In this document: positions 38,094-47,375 of the stretch, piece after piece
Layout of the letters: the number at the start of each line of letters is the position of its first letter
How positions within the stretch are numbered: the stretch's first letter is position 1
Assembly (NCBI GenBank): GCA_030577455.1
Contig: JALIAA010000092.1
Coordinates: 807 to 64,806 of the forward strand
From: Pirellulales bacterium
Lineage (GTDB): Bacteria > Planctomycetota > Planctomycetia > Pirellulales > UBA1268
DNA: 64,000 nucleotides
Reading direction: 5' to 3'
Made by a program: the position numbers and the translations under genes
The notes under the pieces: model-generated
The model's database searches: none
What the model saw: only the letters and a program-made list of their open reading frames with translations
What the model was told of the DNA's origin: nothing

Positions 38094-38702
38094 ATGTCCA
38101 AAGAACAGCAATCCTCAAAGATTCAAACCATCCGGCGACGGTGGCCGCTCGCTGTTCGACTTTTTGCATCTGTTGTCATCCTGTTATACCTTTTGGCAGT
38201 AGCCTTACCGCCGCTCGCAGGCCCACCACCAGCGAGTGAGCTTGCAAACGTGATCCTCCAGCCATTCCGGCCACTTGTAGGCGCGTTTAGCTTAAGCCAT
38301 GGGTATCGGTTCTTTGCGCCAAACCCAGGCCCAGGCCATTCCATTCGATGGACTATAACGACTGCGGGGGGCAGCACTCTGAAAGGCGTCATACCAGACG
38401 CAGAAACAGACTGGCCACGACTCCTGTACCACCGCCGATTCATGATTCCAGAAAAAATTGCCGCACTTGTTCCGCCACCGCTTGCACCGGCAGAAATCCG
38501 CCGCGAAGCAACTCGTGACTGGCAACCTTTTGCTGAGGATATCGCAACTCACTTGCTCACAAAACACAGTGGCCAGGAGGTCACCCTCGAGCTTATTGAG
38601 CATTACTTGCCAGATACGTTCGAACTAAAGGAGGGCAGGGCAGGGGATGATCTGAAAACTCCACTGGGCAGCTATGCGTGGCGAAAGAAGGCGTCTCAAT
38701 GA
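38094..38702 (+). CDS. Membrane-anchored protein of unknown function, partner of the HTTM-like protein
   Basis: One TM helix (LAVRLFASVVILLYLLAVALPPL), then SLSHGYRFFAPNPGPGHSIRW. The stop overlaps the next start (ATGA). Confidence 0.6.
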   Translation: MSKEQQSSKIQTIRRRWPLAVRLFASVVILLYLLAVALPPLAGPPPASELANVILQPFRPLVGAFSLSHGYRFFAPNPGPGHSIRWTITTAGGSTLKGVIPDAETDWPRLLYHRRFMIPEKIAALVPPPLAPAEIRREATRDWQPFAEDIATHLLTKHSGQEVTLELIEHYLPDTFELKEGRAGDDLKTPLGSYAWRKKASQ

Positions 38703-39625
38703 CACACGATAATGGTGAAAAAAATTCTGACCAAGAAAGCCTGAACTGGTTCGCCGCATGGTGGACGGCTTGGACAACATTCTGGTTTACGCCATCAAAC
38801 CCCTTCCTTTTGTGTGTACTACGGATTCTCGTTGGCTCACTCCTGGCATGGTCAAATTTTGTCTGGCTGCTTGATCAAGAAGGCTTCTTCGGTCTCAGCG
38901 GCTGGCAATCAGCCGGGAATGTCTGGCGACTCAATGATCAGCCCTGGCACTGGAGTTGGTATTTCCCGGCACAAACACTTCTTGCGACAAAGTCACTCAC
39001 AGTTGTAAGCCTTCTCGCCGCAATCTCGCTAACGGTTGGGTTTGTTACCCGGCCTGCGGCATGTATTGCTTTAGCCGGATATGTGAGTGCTGTGAATCGC
39101 GCACCGCTGAACACTTTTGGATTTGATGATGTTCTTGGGATCATGCTCGTGCCCCTAATCGTTGGCACTGCGGGAGCCCGCCTGTCAGTGGACAGTACTT
39201 TCCGAAAAAAACAGTCTGTACCAAATACTGAAACAACGATTGCGTTGAGGCTCATTCAGGTCCATCTGTGCATACTCTATTTCTTCTCCGGGTGCGGAAA
39301 ATTACTCGGAGCAAGCTGGTGGGAAGGTACCGCACTCTGGGGCGCCGTAGCCAACATTCAATACCGCACGATTGATCTCACATTCCTCGCTTGGCACCCA
39401 CTACTTATCAATGCTCTTACGCTTGGAACACTCTTTTGGGAAGTCTCATATGCCGCGCTGATATGGCCTCGATTAACACGACCACTGGTTTTGGTTATGG
39501 CGATCTTCGTCCACTTGGGAATTGGGCTTACCATGGGCATGATGGAGTTCGGGATCGCTATGCTAATTGCTAACATGGCTTTTCTTCCTCTACACCTGGA
39601 TACACTCCAAACACACACAGATTAA
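38699..39625 (+). CDS. Polytopic membrane protein, HTTM-domain-like (vitamin K-dependent gamma-carboxylase-related family), tentative
   Basis: ORF track 38678, trimmed to ATG 38699. FWFTPSNPFLLCVLRILVGSLLAWSNFVWL, followed by 7-8 further TM helices and GCGKLLGASWWEGTALW. The pattern recalls HTTM proteins; not verified by HMM. Confidence 0.5.
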   Translation: MTHDNGEKNSDQESLNWFAAWWTAWTTFWFTPSNPFLLCVLRILVGSLLAWSNFVWLLDQEGFFGLSGWQSAGNVWRLNDQPWHWSWYFPAQTLLATKSLTVVSLLAAISLTVGFVTRPAACIALAGYVSAVNRAPLNTFGFDDVLGIMLVPLIVGTAGARLSVDSTFRKKQSVPNTETTIALRLIQVHLCILYFFSGCGKLLGASWWEGTALWGAVANIQYRTIDLTFLAWHPLLINALTLGTLFWEVSYAALIWPRLTRPLVLVMAIFVHLGIGLTMGMMEFGIAMLIANMAFLPLHLDTLQTHTD

Positions 39626-39647
39626 AACTTGCCATAGGACAGAATTC

Positions 39648-40658
39648 ATGATCAATACGCTTGCCATTGTCGGCGCTACTGGTGCTGTTGGGAAAATCAT
39701 TCTTGAGCAAATTGTGAGCCGAAAATTTCCAGCAAAAAATATAAAACTTCTTGCTTCACCACGATCTGCAGGCAAAATGATTGAATGTGGAGAAGAAACG
39801 CTTACTGTGGAAGCACTCACTCCTGATGCTTTTCAAGGTGTAGAAATAGCAATTGGCAGTACACCGGATGAAGTCGCTGCTGAATTCGTTCCCTGGGCCG
39901 TACAACACGGCACTGTTGTTGTCGATGAAAGCGCTCACTTTCGCATGCAACCGGATGTCCCTCTGGTCATTCCTGAAATCAATCCAGAAGCAATCGGTCT
40001 CCATAACGGCATTATTGCTAGCCCAAATTGCTCTACAACGCAGATGGTCATGGTAATGAAACCACTCCACGACGCAGCGAACGTTCGACGTGTACTCGTG
40101 AGCACCTACCAAGCTGTCAGCGGCGCAGGAATAGCTGCAACGCAAGAACTCATGCACGGAATGCAAGCGTGGCTAAACAAGTCACCAGAAGAATCCAATA
40201 TTTTCACTCACCCGATTGCAGCCAACCTCATTCCTCAGATTGGATCAGCAAAGGAGGGGGGCAGCACAAGTGAAGAACTGAAGATGGTTCAGGAAACTCA
40301 AAAAATATTTAACGACAGCACAATTGGTGTGTGTGCTACATGTGTTCGTGTCCCAGTAGCCGACGCCCACAGTGAAAGTTTAATAATTGAGACTGAGAAG
40401 CCTCTCTCACCGGAGGAAGCAACCCGCCTTCTATCTCAATTCCCTGGGGTTACCGTTACTGACAACCTTTCTGAATCCACCTATCCTATGCCGCGCAACG
40501 CCGGAGGCCTGGATGATGTCTTTGTTGGTCGTATCCGACGCGACCCGTCAGGCCAAAACTCTCTTGCAATGTGGTGCGTTTCGGACAACCTACGAAAAGG
40601 GGCCGCAACGAATGCCGTTCAAATTGCCGAGCACCTTGCACGAGAAATGATGGAATGA
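39648..40658 (+). CDS. asd: Aspartate-semialdehyde dehydrogenase
   Basis: ORF track 39567, trimmed to ATG 39648. LAIVGATGAVG NAD(P) site, active-site IIASPNCSTTQMVM, STYQAVSGAG, CVRVPVADAHSES. Confidence 0.9.
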   Translation: MINTLAIVGATGAVGKIILEQIVSRKFPAKNIKLLASPRSAGKMIECGEETLTVEALTPDAFQGVEIAIGSTPDEVAAEFVPWAVQHGTVVVDESAHFRMQPDVPLVIPEINPEAIGLHNGIIASPNCSTTQMVMVMKPLHDAANVRRVLVSTYQAVSGAGIAATQELMHGMQAWLNKSPEESNIFTHPIAANLIPQIGSAKEGGSTSEELKMVQETQKIFNDSTIGVCATCVRVPVADAHSESLIIETEKPLSPEEATRLLSQFPGVTVTDNLSESTYPMPRNAGGLDDVFVGRIRRDPSGQNSLAMWCVSDNLRKGAATNAVQIAEHLAREMME

Positions 40659-41452
40659 GCCGAACACTACAACTCCGGCTTGCTTACAATGGTGAACGAT
40701 TCAGTGGGTGGCAGATTCAACCTGACCAACGAACAGTTCAGGGCGTCCTCAGTGATGCCATTCAGAGCATCTGTGGCGAAACAGTCGTACCAAAAGGAAG
40801 CAGCCGTACAGATGCCGGTGTTCACGCTGCAGATCAGGTAGCGAGCTTCACAACATCAAGTCCCTTCACGCCGGATGTTTGGCGACGAGCGCTCAATGCT
40901 CATCTCCCAAAGGATGTTGTGGTGCTCCGTTCAAGTGAAGTGCATTCTTCTTTTGATCCTATCACCGAAGCTAAAACAAAACGTTATCGCTATCGCATTC
41001 ATGACGGAGACGTTCGACCTGTACTCGCTCGGCCTTTTGTCTGGCAATGGAATTCCCGTTTAAACGTTTCTGCCATGGAGGAAGCTTCTTCCTTCCTGAT
41101 TGGCGAGCATGACTTCACTAGCTTTGAAAACCCGTCGTCTCCTCGTGCCTCAAAAGTACGCAAAGTCAATGACCTGACTATCCAGAGACGAGATGGAGGA
41201 GAGGGCACTCCTGACTCTGAGATCTGGATTGAAATCGAAGGAAATGGTTTCCTCTATAATATGGTGAGAATTATTGCTGGCACTCTACTTATGGTTGGTG
41301 CGGGCAAACGACCAGAAACATGGGTCGGCAATGTACTTGCCGACCGGAATCGAACGAGTGCAGGCCCAACTGCGCCACCGCAAGGCCTTTTACTTTTACA
41401 AATCAATCTCAAACCACAAACAGTCACAGTACGTAATGGCTCGTCCTCCTGA
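40655..41452 (+). CDS. truA: tRNA pseudouridine(38-40) synthase
   Basis: ORF track 40571, trimmed to ATG 40655 (ATGA overlap with the asd stop). LAYNGERFSGWQIQP, catalytic GSSRTDAGVHA, GEHDFTSF, FLYNMVRIIAGTL. Confidence 0.9.
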   Translation: MSRTLQLRLAYNGERFSGWQIQPDQRTVQGVLSDAIQSICGETVVPKGSSRTDAGVHAADQVASFTTSSPFTPDVWRRALNAHLPKDVVVLRSSEVHSSFDPITEAKTKRYRYRIHDGDVRPVLARPFVWQWNSRLNVSAMEEASSFLIGEHDFTSFENPSSPRASKVRKVNDLTIQRRDGGEGTPDSEIWIEIEGNGFLYNMVRIIAGTLLMVGAGKRPETWVGNVLADRNRTSAGPTAPPQGLLLLQINLKPQTVTVRNGSSS

Positions 41453-42305
41453 ACAACTTGGTTCCCTCAGACTTGTTCGTCAACTCGGCGTAGGCCGTAA
41501 ATGCCAAATTTGGGAGGCCTCCGATGAGAGCCAAGCGAAACGCGTTGCGGTAAAACTCGTATCCCCTGAGTCGGCATCCGACAAGGGCACCCGTCAACTT
41601 CTCAAGCATGAACTCATTGTGAGCAAATCACTTAACCATCTAGGAATAATTCAGATAGAACGCTATTCAACGGCTGGTCAGCTACCTCACCTTGTCATGG
41701 AACTATTCCGTCACCCGAATTTAAAAATGCGTCTTACGTCTGGCATAGAGTCAATCATCGGTCAATCGCAACTCGTTGCACAAAATGCAGCCGATGCAAT
41801 TAGTCATCTTCACGCGAACCGCTGGGTTCACCGTGACCTCAAACCAGAAAATGTTCTTGTTGATGACTCAGGCAACATCCGACTCATTGACCTTGGCATC
41901 GCTTCACGACCACCAGGAATCCTCTCTCAATTGATACCAATGAAGAGGACAGTCCAGGGCTCACCAAGCTACATGTCACCAGAACAGATCCGGGGGAGTC
42001 GTGTCGGGTATGCTGGAGACATCTACTCTTTTGGCTGCCTCCTTTACGAACTGGTCACCGGACACACTCCATTCACCGGATCGACTCAACAGGAACTTCT
42101 CAGCAAGCAACTGTACGCGACACCGCCATTTGCATCAGCAACAAACCCTGGCGTCACACCGGAACTCGACCGATTTATTCGTGAACTTCTTGCTAAACGC
42201 CCCACGGAAAGGCCTTCTTCCATGGCCGAAGTTGCTGCACACCTTCGCAACACACCATTCCTGACTCCAAAGGCTCGCTCTGCGGCATCTAAGAAAGCCG
42301 ATTGA
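41436..42305 (+). CDS. Stand-alone Ser/Thr protein kinase domain (Hanks type)
   Basis: ORF track 41274, trimmed to ATG 41436 (17-nt overlap with truA). VAVKLV, HRDLKPENVLV, DLG (in place of DFG), GSPSYMSPEQ, DIYSFGCLLYELVTG. The Gly loop reads GVGRKC. Confidence 0.8.
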   Translation: MARPPEQLGSLRLVRQLGVGRKCQIWEASDESQAKRVAVKLVSPESASDKGTRQLLKHELIVSKSLNHLGIIQIERYSTAGQLPHLVMELFRHPNLKMRLTSGIESIIGQSQLVAQNAADAISHLHANRWVHRDLKPENVLVDDSGNIRLIDLGIASRPPGILSQLIPMKRTVQGSPSYMSPEQIRGSRVGYAGDIYSFGCLLYELVTGHTPFTGSTQQELLSKQLYATPPFASATNPGVTPELDRFIRELLAKRPTERPSSMAEVAAHLRNTPFLTPKARSAASKKAD

Positions 42306-42366
42306 CGTCAGTTCGGTCTGCCGGCGAGAATACGTGAGTTGTTTTTGTTACTCCAGGGATACCACC

Positions 42367-43326
42367 ATGGCCCGCGGACTCCATCGTTTGCCTTTAGAAA
42401 AACCTATTTATGAACTCGAGGACAAAATTGCTGACCTCGAAACAGCACCACTGGGCCAACAGTCTCAAGAAGAGGTTCAACAACTTCGTCGAGAATGTGC
42501 TGATCTCCAAAAACAAATCTTTGGCAATCTTGACCCATGGCAGACCGTTGAAGTCGCGCGACATCCAAACCGACCAAAAACGAGTGACTACTTGGGGCTT
42601 GTTTTTGATGAATTTGTTGAACTCCATGGTGACAAGGCTTTTGGTGATGACCCCGCCATGCTCACCGGATTTGCAAAAATTGACCGTCACAAAGTCCTTG
42701 TTATCGGTCATCAGAAAGGGAAAACACTCGCTGAGAAACAGGCCTGTCACTTTGGGTGCGCTCATCCAGAGGGGTATCGCAAAGCGATGGGAAAAATGCG
42801 ATTGGCAGCTAAGTACGGCCTGCCCGTGATTTGCCTTATTGACACGCCTGGCGCCTATCCGGGGGTCGGCGCTGAAGAACGCGGACAGGCACAAGTGATT
42901 GCAGAAAGCATGTTTTTAATGGCTTCACTGAAGGTGCCGATTATCTGTGTTGTAATTGGTGAAGGGGGTTCTGGAGGAGCGTTGGGAATCGGTGTTGGGG
43001 ATCGTGTTGCAATTCTCGAACATGCGTATTACAGCGTAATCTCGCCCGAGGGTTGTGCTGGCATTCTCTGGAAAAGCGCTGAATTCAAAGCCGATGCTGC
43101 TCGGGCATTAAGGATGCGAGCGTGGGATCTAAAAGAGTTCGGCGTGATCGATAAAGTCATTGATGAACCTCGAGGTGGCGCTCATCGCGATCCGCGTTTA
43201 ATGGCAGCACGACTCAAGACATTCCTCGAGCGAACCCTCAAGGAATTGGTCAGCCTGCCGATTGAAAAACTAGTCGAGAATCGTTACGACAAATTTCGCC
43301 GCATGGGTTCCTTCCTGGAAGACTGA
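42367..43326 (+). CDS. accA: Acetyl-CoA carboxylase carboxyltransferase subunit alpha
   Basis: ORF track 42334, trimmed to ATG 42367. RHPNRPKTSDYL, ICLIDTPGAYPGVGAEERGQ, VVIGEGGSGGALG, SVISPEGCAGILWK. Confidence 0.9.
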   Translation: MARGLHRLPLEKPIYELEDKIADLETAPLGQQSQEEVQQLRRECADLQKQIFGNLDPWQTVEVARHPNRPKTSDYLGLVFDEFVELHGDKAFGDDPAMLTGFAKIDRHKVLVIGHQKGKTLAEKQACHFGCAHPEGYRKAMGKMRLAAKYGLPVICLIDTPGAYPGVGAEERGQAQVIAESMFLMASLKVPIICVVIGEGGSGGALGIGVGDRVAILEHAYYSVISPEGCAGILWKSAEFKADAARALRMRAWDLKEFGVIDKVIDEPRGGAHRDPRLMAARLKTFLERTLKELVSLPIEKLVENRYDKFRRMGSFLED

Positions 43327-43505
43327 ACAGCCTGAGAATCATCGGCCGAAGCAGGGGATACTGCATGACCAGAAGAGCAAATGCCGGCTGTTTCCACCCC
43401 TTCTCCAACGTCCGATAATGTCTGTTATGTCCGGTTTCCGTCCTATTTTCCAGTACGTATGGAACTTTTCAAAGTCTCTCTCCCCTGGTGGCTCTTGCCC
43501 CCGCT

Positions 43506-44384
43506 CTAAGGGCGAACAGGAAGCGGAGTCTGCGAGCCAACTGGAAACCGCTGCGGCACATTTCCTGGCTGCTGATGCAGAATCCCGGCGGGAACTGATG
43601 CGTTGCTGCCACCAAATGCAGACTTCTGATCGAGATACCGACCGGCGGCTTGTACGCCCGTTTCTAAAGAACTTGGTGAACTCATCCACGCGGCAGCTGC
43701 CTCCACTGAGGATGGCATTGCAGCCCCCTGCTCTCTGGAAGAAGGATCTGTTTCAACGCCAGCCCAAGCGGCAACTGAGGTCACGCCCTCCAACACACTC
43801 TGCCAGGAGGTGCCTCCGTTTTGACCAGATTCATCTGCAACACCACCTTCCGGTGAACGCCCACCATCACCATCGAATTGCTGACGAAACTGCTGAAGGA
43901 ACGGATCTACGGTCTCGTGGATATCTGCCGGCAGGAATTGATCTGCCTCACCAATGAGCTTTGCGACAATCTGACCACTCTGACTACCGGTTATTTCTCC
44001 CCGGTAGGCTGGCATCATTGTAACTGCAAAAAACGTTACAACCACACAAATGAGAGCGCCTTTCGCAAGACCGAATAGCAAACCCAACTGGTGATCAAAC
44101 GCCGAAAGATGAACTGCGTCGATCAATGTCGACACGAACCGAAATGTGACCCAAACAACCAGCGATGTGGCCACGTAGAGAGCAAGCATTGCCAGAAGCC
44201 TGTTCCAAGGTGGCTGCTGACCAATAAAGGGAGCAAGTTCCCCACTAAAACGGAGTGAAACGTATGAACTTAGGCAGATTCCAGCGATCCATGCGATCTG
44301 CCAGACAATTCCCTTAAAATAGCCGAGGACGCCCGCAGTAGCTAGAAGCCCAAGCATCACCATGTCATAGCTATCTATTGCCAC
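43506..44384 (-). CDS. cvpA: CvpA-family membrane protein with long low-complexity C-terminal tail
   Basis: ORF track 43506..44471. GTG 44384 is preceded by AAGGAG 7 nt upstream and gives (M)AIDSYDMVMLGLLATAGVLGYFKGIVWQIAW..., the typical CvpA N-terminus with 4 TM helices. The C-terminal ~130 aa are G/S/A/P-rich. Confidence 0.7.
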   Translation of the reverse strand: MAIDSYDMVMLGLLATAGVLGYFKGIVWQIAWIAGICLSSYVSLRFSGELAPFIGQQPPWNRLLAMLALYVATSLVVWVTFRFVSTLIDAVHLSAFDHQLGLLFGLAKGALICVVVTFFAVTMMPAYRGEITGSQSGQIVAKLIGEADQFLPADIHETVDPFLQQFRQQFDGDGGRSPEGGVADESGQNGGTSWQSVLEGVTSVAAWAGVETDPSSREQGAAMPSSVEAAAAWMSSPSSLETGVQAAGRYLDQKSAFGGSNASVPAGILHQQPGNVPQRFPVGSQTPLPVRP

Positions 44385-44817
44385 TCGTTCTCTCCTTAAT
44401 CGACACTCTTTAACAAACACGCCGCCTGAAGTTGAATCGAGTGAGACTGTAGGGTGTCCGGCAATGCCCAAAAAGTCCAGTTTTGAAGAGAAACCGACCT
44501 CGCCGTCATCCGACCTAAGCCCCGCACTTCACCTAAGCCTCCCAGCATCTCATTGTTTCTTGTTGCGATGCTCGCTTTATTCTCAAAACTCCTGTCTTGC
44601 TGGTTAGGCAGAATAAAACACGTCGGTAGTGCAGGGGGTGCAAAAAAAAAGGCCCTCTGTATAGATGACCAAATAAGCCGAAGTTCATCTAGAGACGTTG
44701 TTTTGTGGCGCCCTGTGCGCTTGGTGATTGAGGGAACGATTGCCAGCAGCGGCCGAAGTTGGTGCAATTTGCAGCAACTTTTAACAGAGGAACGCCTCTC
44801 GAGGAGGGATTCGCAGA

Positions 44818-45540
44818 GTGCCGGGATTCCGTGAGCATATCACCGGTTCGACGATCGTTGGCATCGGCTACGGGACTGCCGCTTGGTATGTCGGTGAAAT
44901 TCCTCCGCTGACATGCATTCTTGGGGCTGGCTTATGTTCCGTTTCAGGCATGCTCCCTGATCTGGACAGCGGACCCGGAATTCCGCTTAGAGAAAGCGTT
45001 GCCTTTGCAGCTGCTGTTGTGCCCGTAATGCTGTTGCCTCGAATTCAACAAATCGGCATGCCTTCGGAGGCACTCATACTCGTCTGTGCTGGAATCTATC
45101 TGGCGATTCGATTTGGAGTCACATATCTCCTGAAGCAATTCGCGGTCCATCGAGGCATGTTCCATAGCGTGCCGGCAGCAGCCATCGCAGGCCTCACTGC
45201 ATTTCTCATTTTTGCATCCGAAGAACCAATACGCCGATATTTTGTGGCTAGCGCTGTTGTTCTTGGCTTCCTAACCCATCTGATCCTTGATGAAATCTGG
45301 TCTGTGAAACTTGGCATGTTTGGCCCAAAGATCAAAAAGTCATTTGGAACAGCAGTAAAATTTCTTGGCAATGAGGCGTGGGCAAATATTGTGACATACC
45401 TCCTTCTCATAATCCTCGGTGCCTTGGCTGTGAGTGATGCGGCTGTGAACGAGAACATGTCGGTCGTTCGCCAGCAAATGGAGCAGGCCGCCCGTCAATA
45501 TCCTACCTACCCCACAACGCAGCCGCTTTATAGACGCTGA
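44818..45540 (+). CDS. Membrane-bound metal-dependent hydrolase (YdjM / DUF457 family)
   Basis: GTG start with GGAGGG 9 nt upstream. EHITGSTIVG, GMLPDLDSG, HRGMFHS, THLILDE. Confidence 0.7.
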   Translation: MPGFREHITGSTIVGIGYGTAAWYVGEIPPLTCILGAGLCSVSGMLPDLDSGPGIPLRESVAFAAAVVPVMLLPRIQQIGMPSEALILVCAGIYLAIRFGVTYLLKQFAVHRGMFHSVPAAAIAGLTAFLIFASEEPIRRYFVASAVVLGFLTHLILDEIWSVKLGMFGPKIKKSFGTAVKFLGNEAWANIVTYLLLIILGALAVSDAAVNENMSVVRQQMEQAARQYPTYPTTQPLYRR

Positions 45541-45692
45541 TTCGCTCCAGATGTTGACCGGTAGACTTCTCTACAGGGAATACTCGGTCACCCTCTTGCT
45601 TGACTCCTTGTCCTGAGGGATCATGCAGGAGGTGTACCCTCTGTGCTGCAAGAAAATTGAAAATTCAGGTTTTCCAGAAAGAACTATGTCCC

Positions 45693-46640
45693 ATGGCTCC
45701 TCCGCTGGAAGCAACAGGCACTACTTACTTGGGCATCCAACCGCTACTTGCTGGCTACCTATTTTTTATCGCGCTCGCGGCATTCGCAGGTGGCGTTTCC
45801 ATTAGCTTCCTGACCCTGGGCCACCGCAGGCTGCAGGTCTTACTATCGTTTACCGGCGGTGTTTTACTCGGTGTTGGAATGCTTCATATGATACCGCACG
45901 CATTTCTCGAACTAAATAATCGTATTGATAAAACAATGAGCTGGGTCCTGCTCGGCTTTTTTGTGATGTTTCTGCTTGAACGAGCATTCCATGGCCATTC
46001 CCACCATACAGCTGACGGTTGTGAAAGCACCACAACATGTCTTCACGGCGTAGCTGATCATGATCGATTACACGGTCACGCCCCAGACCCTGCGCACCAT
46101 ACGCATAAACCAAGTCAATGGGGATGGAGTGGAGCCTTTATAGGGCTCGGGTTGCACAGCCTCGCTGATGGTGCGGCGCTTGCTGCAGCCGTGCATTCAG
46201 ATATTGGGCACGGCGTTACGTGGTTTGCGGGACTTGCAACATTCCTAGCAATTTCTCTTCACAAGCCTTTCGATGCTGGCATCATCTCCACCCTTATGCT
46301 CGGCTCAGGCATTCCACGAAATGTACGGCTTGCTCTCAACTTTCTCTATGCTCTTGCAGTCCCTGTAGGCGCTTTCGTCTTTGTTTTTGGAATCAATTTT
46401 CTTGGTGATTCCCAATCATCACTTACAGGCGCAGCGCTTGCCCTGGCAGCTGGAGCATTTCTCTGTATAGCTGCAGCGGACCTATTACCTGAAGTGCAGT
46501 TCCACAGTCACGATCGCATTCTTTTGACAGTCGCTCTTGCAGGCGGAATTGCGTTGGCATGGGCAATAACCGCGTTCGAACAGATGAGTCATCCCCACAG
46601 CCAAATCTCGCCTATCCCTGCTGAGAGTTCTCCGTTCTGA
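45693..46640 (+). CDS. ZIP-family divalent metal transporter with His-rich loop
   Basis: ORF track 45600, trimmed to ATG 45693. His/Cys-rich loop HGHSHHTADGCESTTTCLHGVADHDRLHGHAPDPAHHTHKP. Motifs GLHSLADGAALAAAV and HKPFDAGIIS. 7-8 TM helices. Confidence 0.7.
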   Translation: MAPPLEATGTTYLGIQPLLAGYLFFIALAAFAGGVSISFLTLGHRRLQVLLSFTGGVLLGVGMLHMIPHAFLELNNRIDKTMSWVLLGFFVMFLLERAFHGHSHHTADGCESTTTCLHGVADHDRLHGHAPDPAHHTHKPSQWGWSGAFIGLGLHSLADGAALAAAVHSDIGHGVTWFAGLATFLAISLHKPFDAGIISTLMLGSGIPRNVRLALNFLYALAVPVGAFVFVFGINFLGDSQSSLTGAALALAAGAFLCIAAADLLPEVQFHSHDRILLTVALAGGIALAWAITAFEQMSHPHSQISPIPAESSPF

Positions 46641-46657
46641 CGCTACTAAAGGAGAAC

Positions 46658-47245
46658 TCAAGCTTCTACCGAGCCCACCGTCACTTCGTTCGGCTCAACA
46701 TCTAAGCCACGGGCTTCACGCATCGCTCGGACTTCTACAAGGACATCTTCAATCAAGGATTGCTGCTCGGATATCTTCGCTCGCTGGCACTGAAAACATG
46801 CAGCAATAACACCTGTTAACGCAAGCCCACCAAGAAGATGCGGAGTGACCCATGCCTCACTCCCTCTTCGACCTGCTGCCGGGTCTGCGGCACCTCCCAA
46901 CGCAACAATCCCAACAACACTGAGCATGCCAAATAAAGCAAACGGGAACGACCGTCTTTTTATCACCTTGCTTCTCAGAATAAAATTATCCGACAGACGG
47001 TATGTCTCCACAACCTCTCGGCACCACCGAGCGGTGCCAATAAAGTACGTCACCGACATACTGTTTACGAGAACGACTACCAACGCTGCTAAGACACCAG
47101 AGAGCCGATGAACTGTTCCCCAACGAAGAATCGCCTGATCCGTTTGACCATGAAGGTCACCAAGCCACAGACCAAGCCCGGCGGTTGCTACCATGAGTGC
47201 TACTGCAAAAATCGCCACCGATGTAAATATTTTTTCCATCATCAC
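46658..47245 (-). CDS. Four-TM membrane protein, unknown function
   Basis: 195-aa ORF with four clear hydrophobic helices (IFTSVAIFAVALMVATAGLGLWL, VLAALVVVLVNSMSVTYFI, FALFGMLSVVGIVALGG, LLGGLALTGVIAACF). No family recognised. Confidence 0.55.
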   Translation of the reverse strand: MMMEKIFTSVAIFAVALMVATAGLGLWLGDLHGQTDQAILRWGTVHRLSGVLAALVVVLVNSMSVTYFIGTARWCREVVETYRLSDNFILRSKVIKRRSFPFALFGMLSVVGIVALGGAADPAAGRRGSEAWVTPHLLGGLALTGVIAACFQCQRAKISEQQSLIEDVLVEVRAMREARGLDVEPNEVTVGSVEA

Positions 47246-47375
47246 TCCCTAGACACGTGAAGCCGCGTTGATGCTATGTACGTCTTTTTCTCTACAACAG
47301 AATAGTCTGCCTGCCTACAACGAAACAGCGAAACGCATCTCATGCCGGAATAAACTGCATCGGGTTTGGGTAACC

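Noticed and set aside
43506-43900. The low-complexity C-terminal ~130 aa of the CvpA-like ORF might be a separate or spurious extension, since the opposite strand carries a 179-aa ORF at 43418-43957.
   Set aside because: The minus-strand frame is continuous from the CvpA TM domain with no alternative stop, and the plus-strand ORF is P/R/L-rich with no motif. The single long cvpA call is kept, with reduced confidence in the tail.
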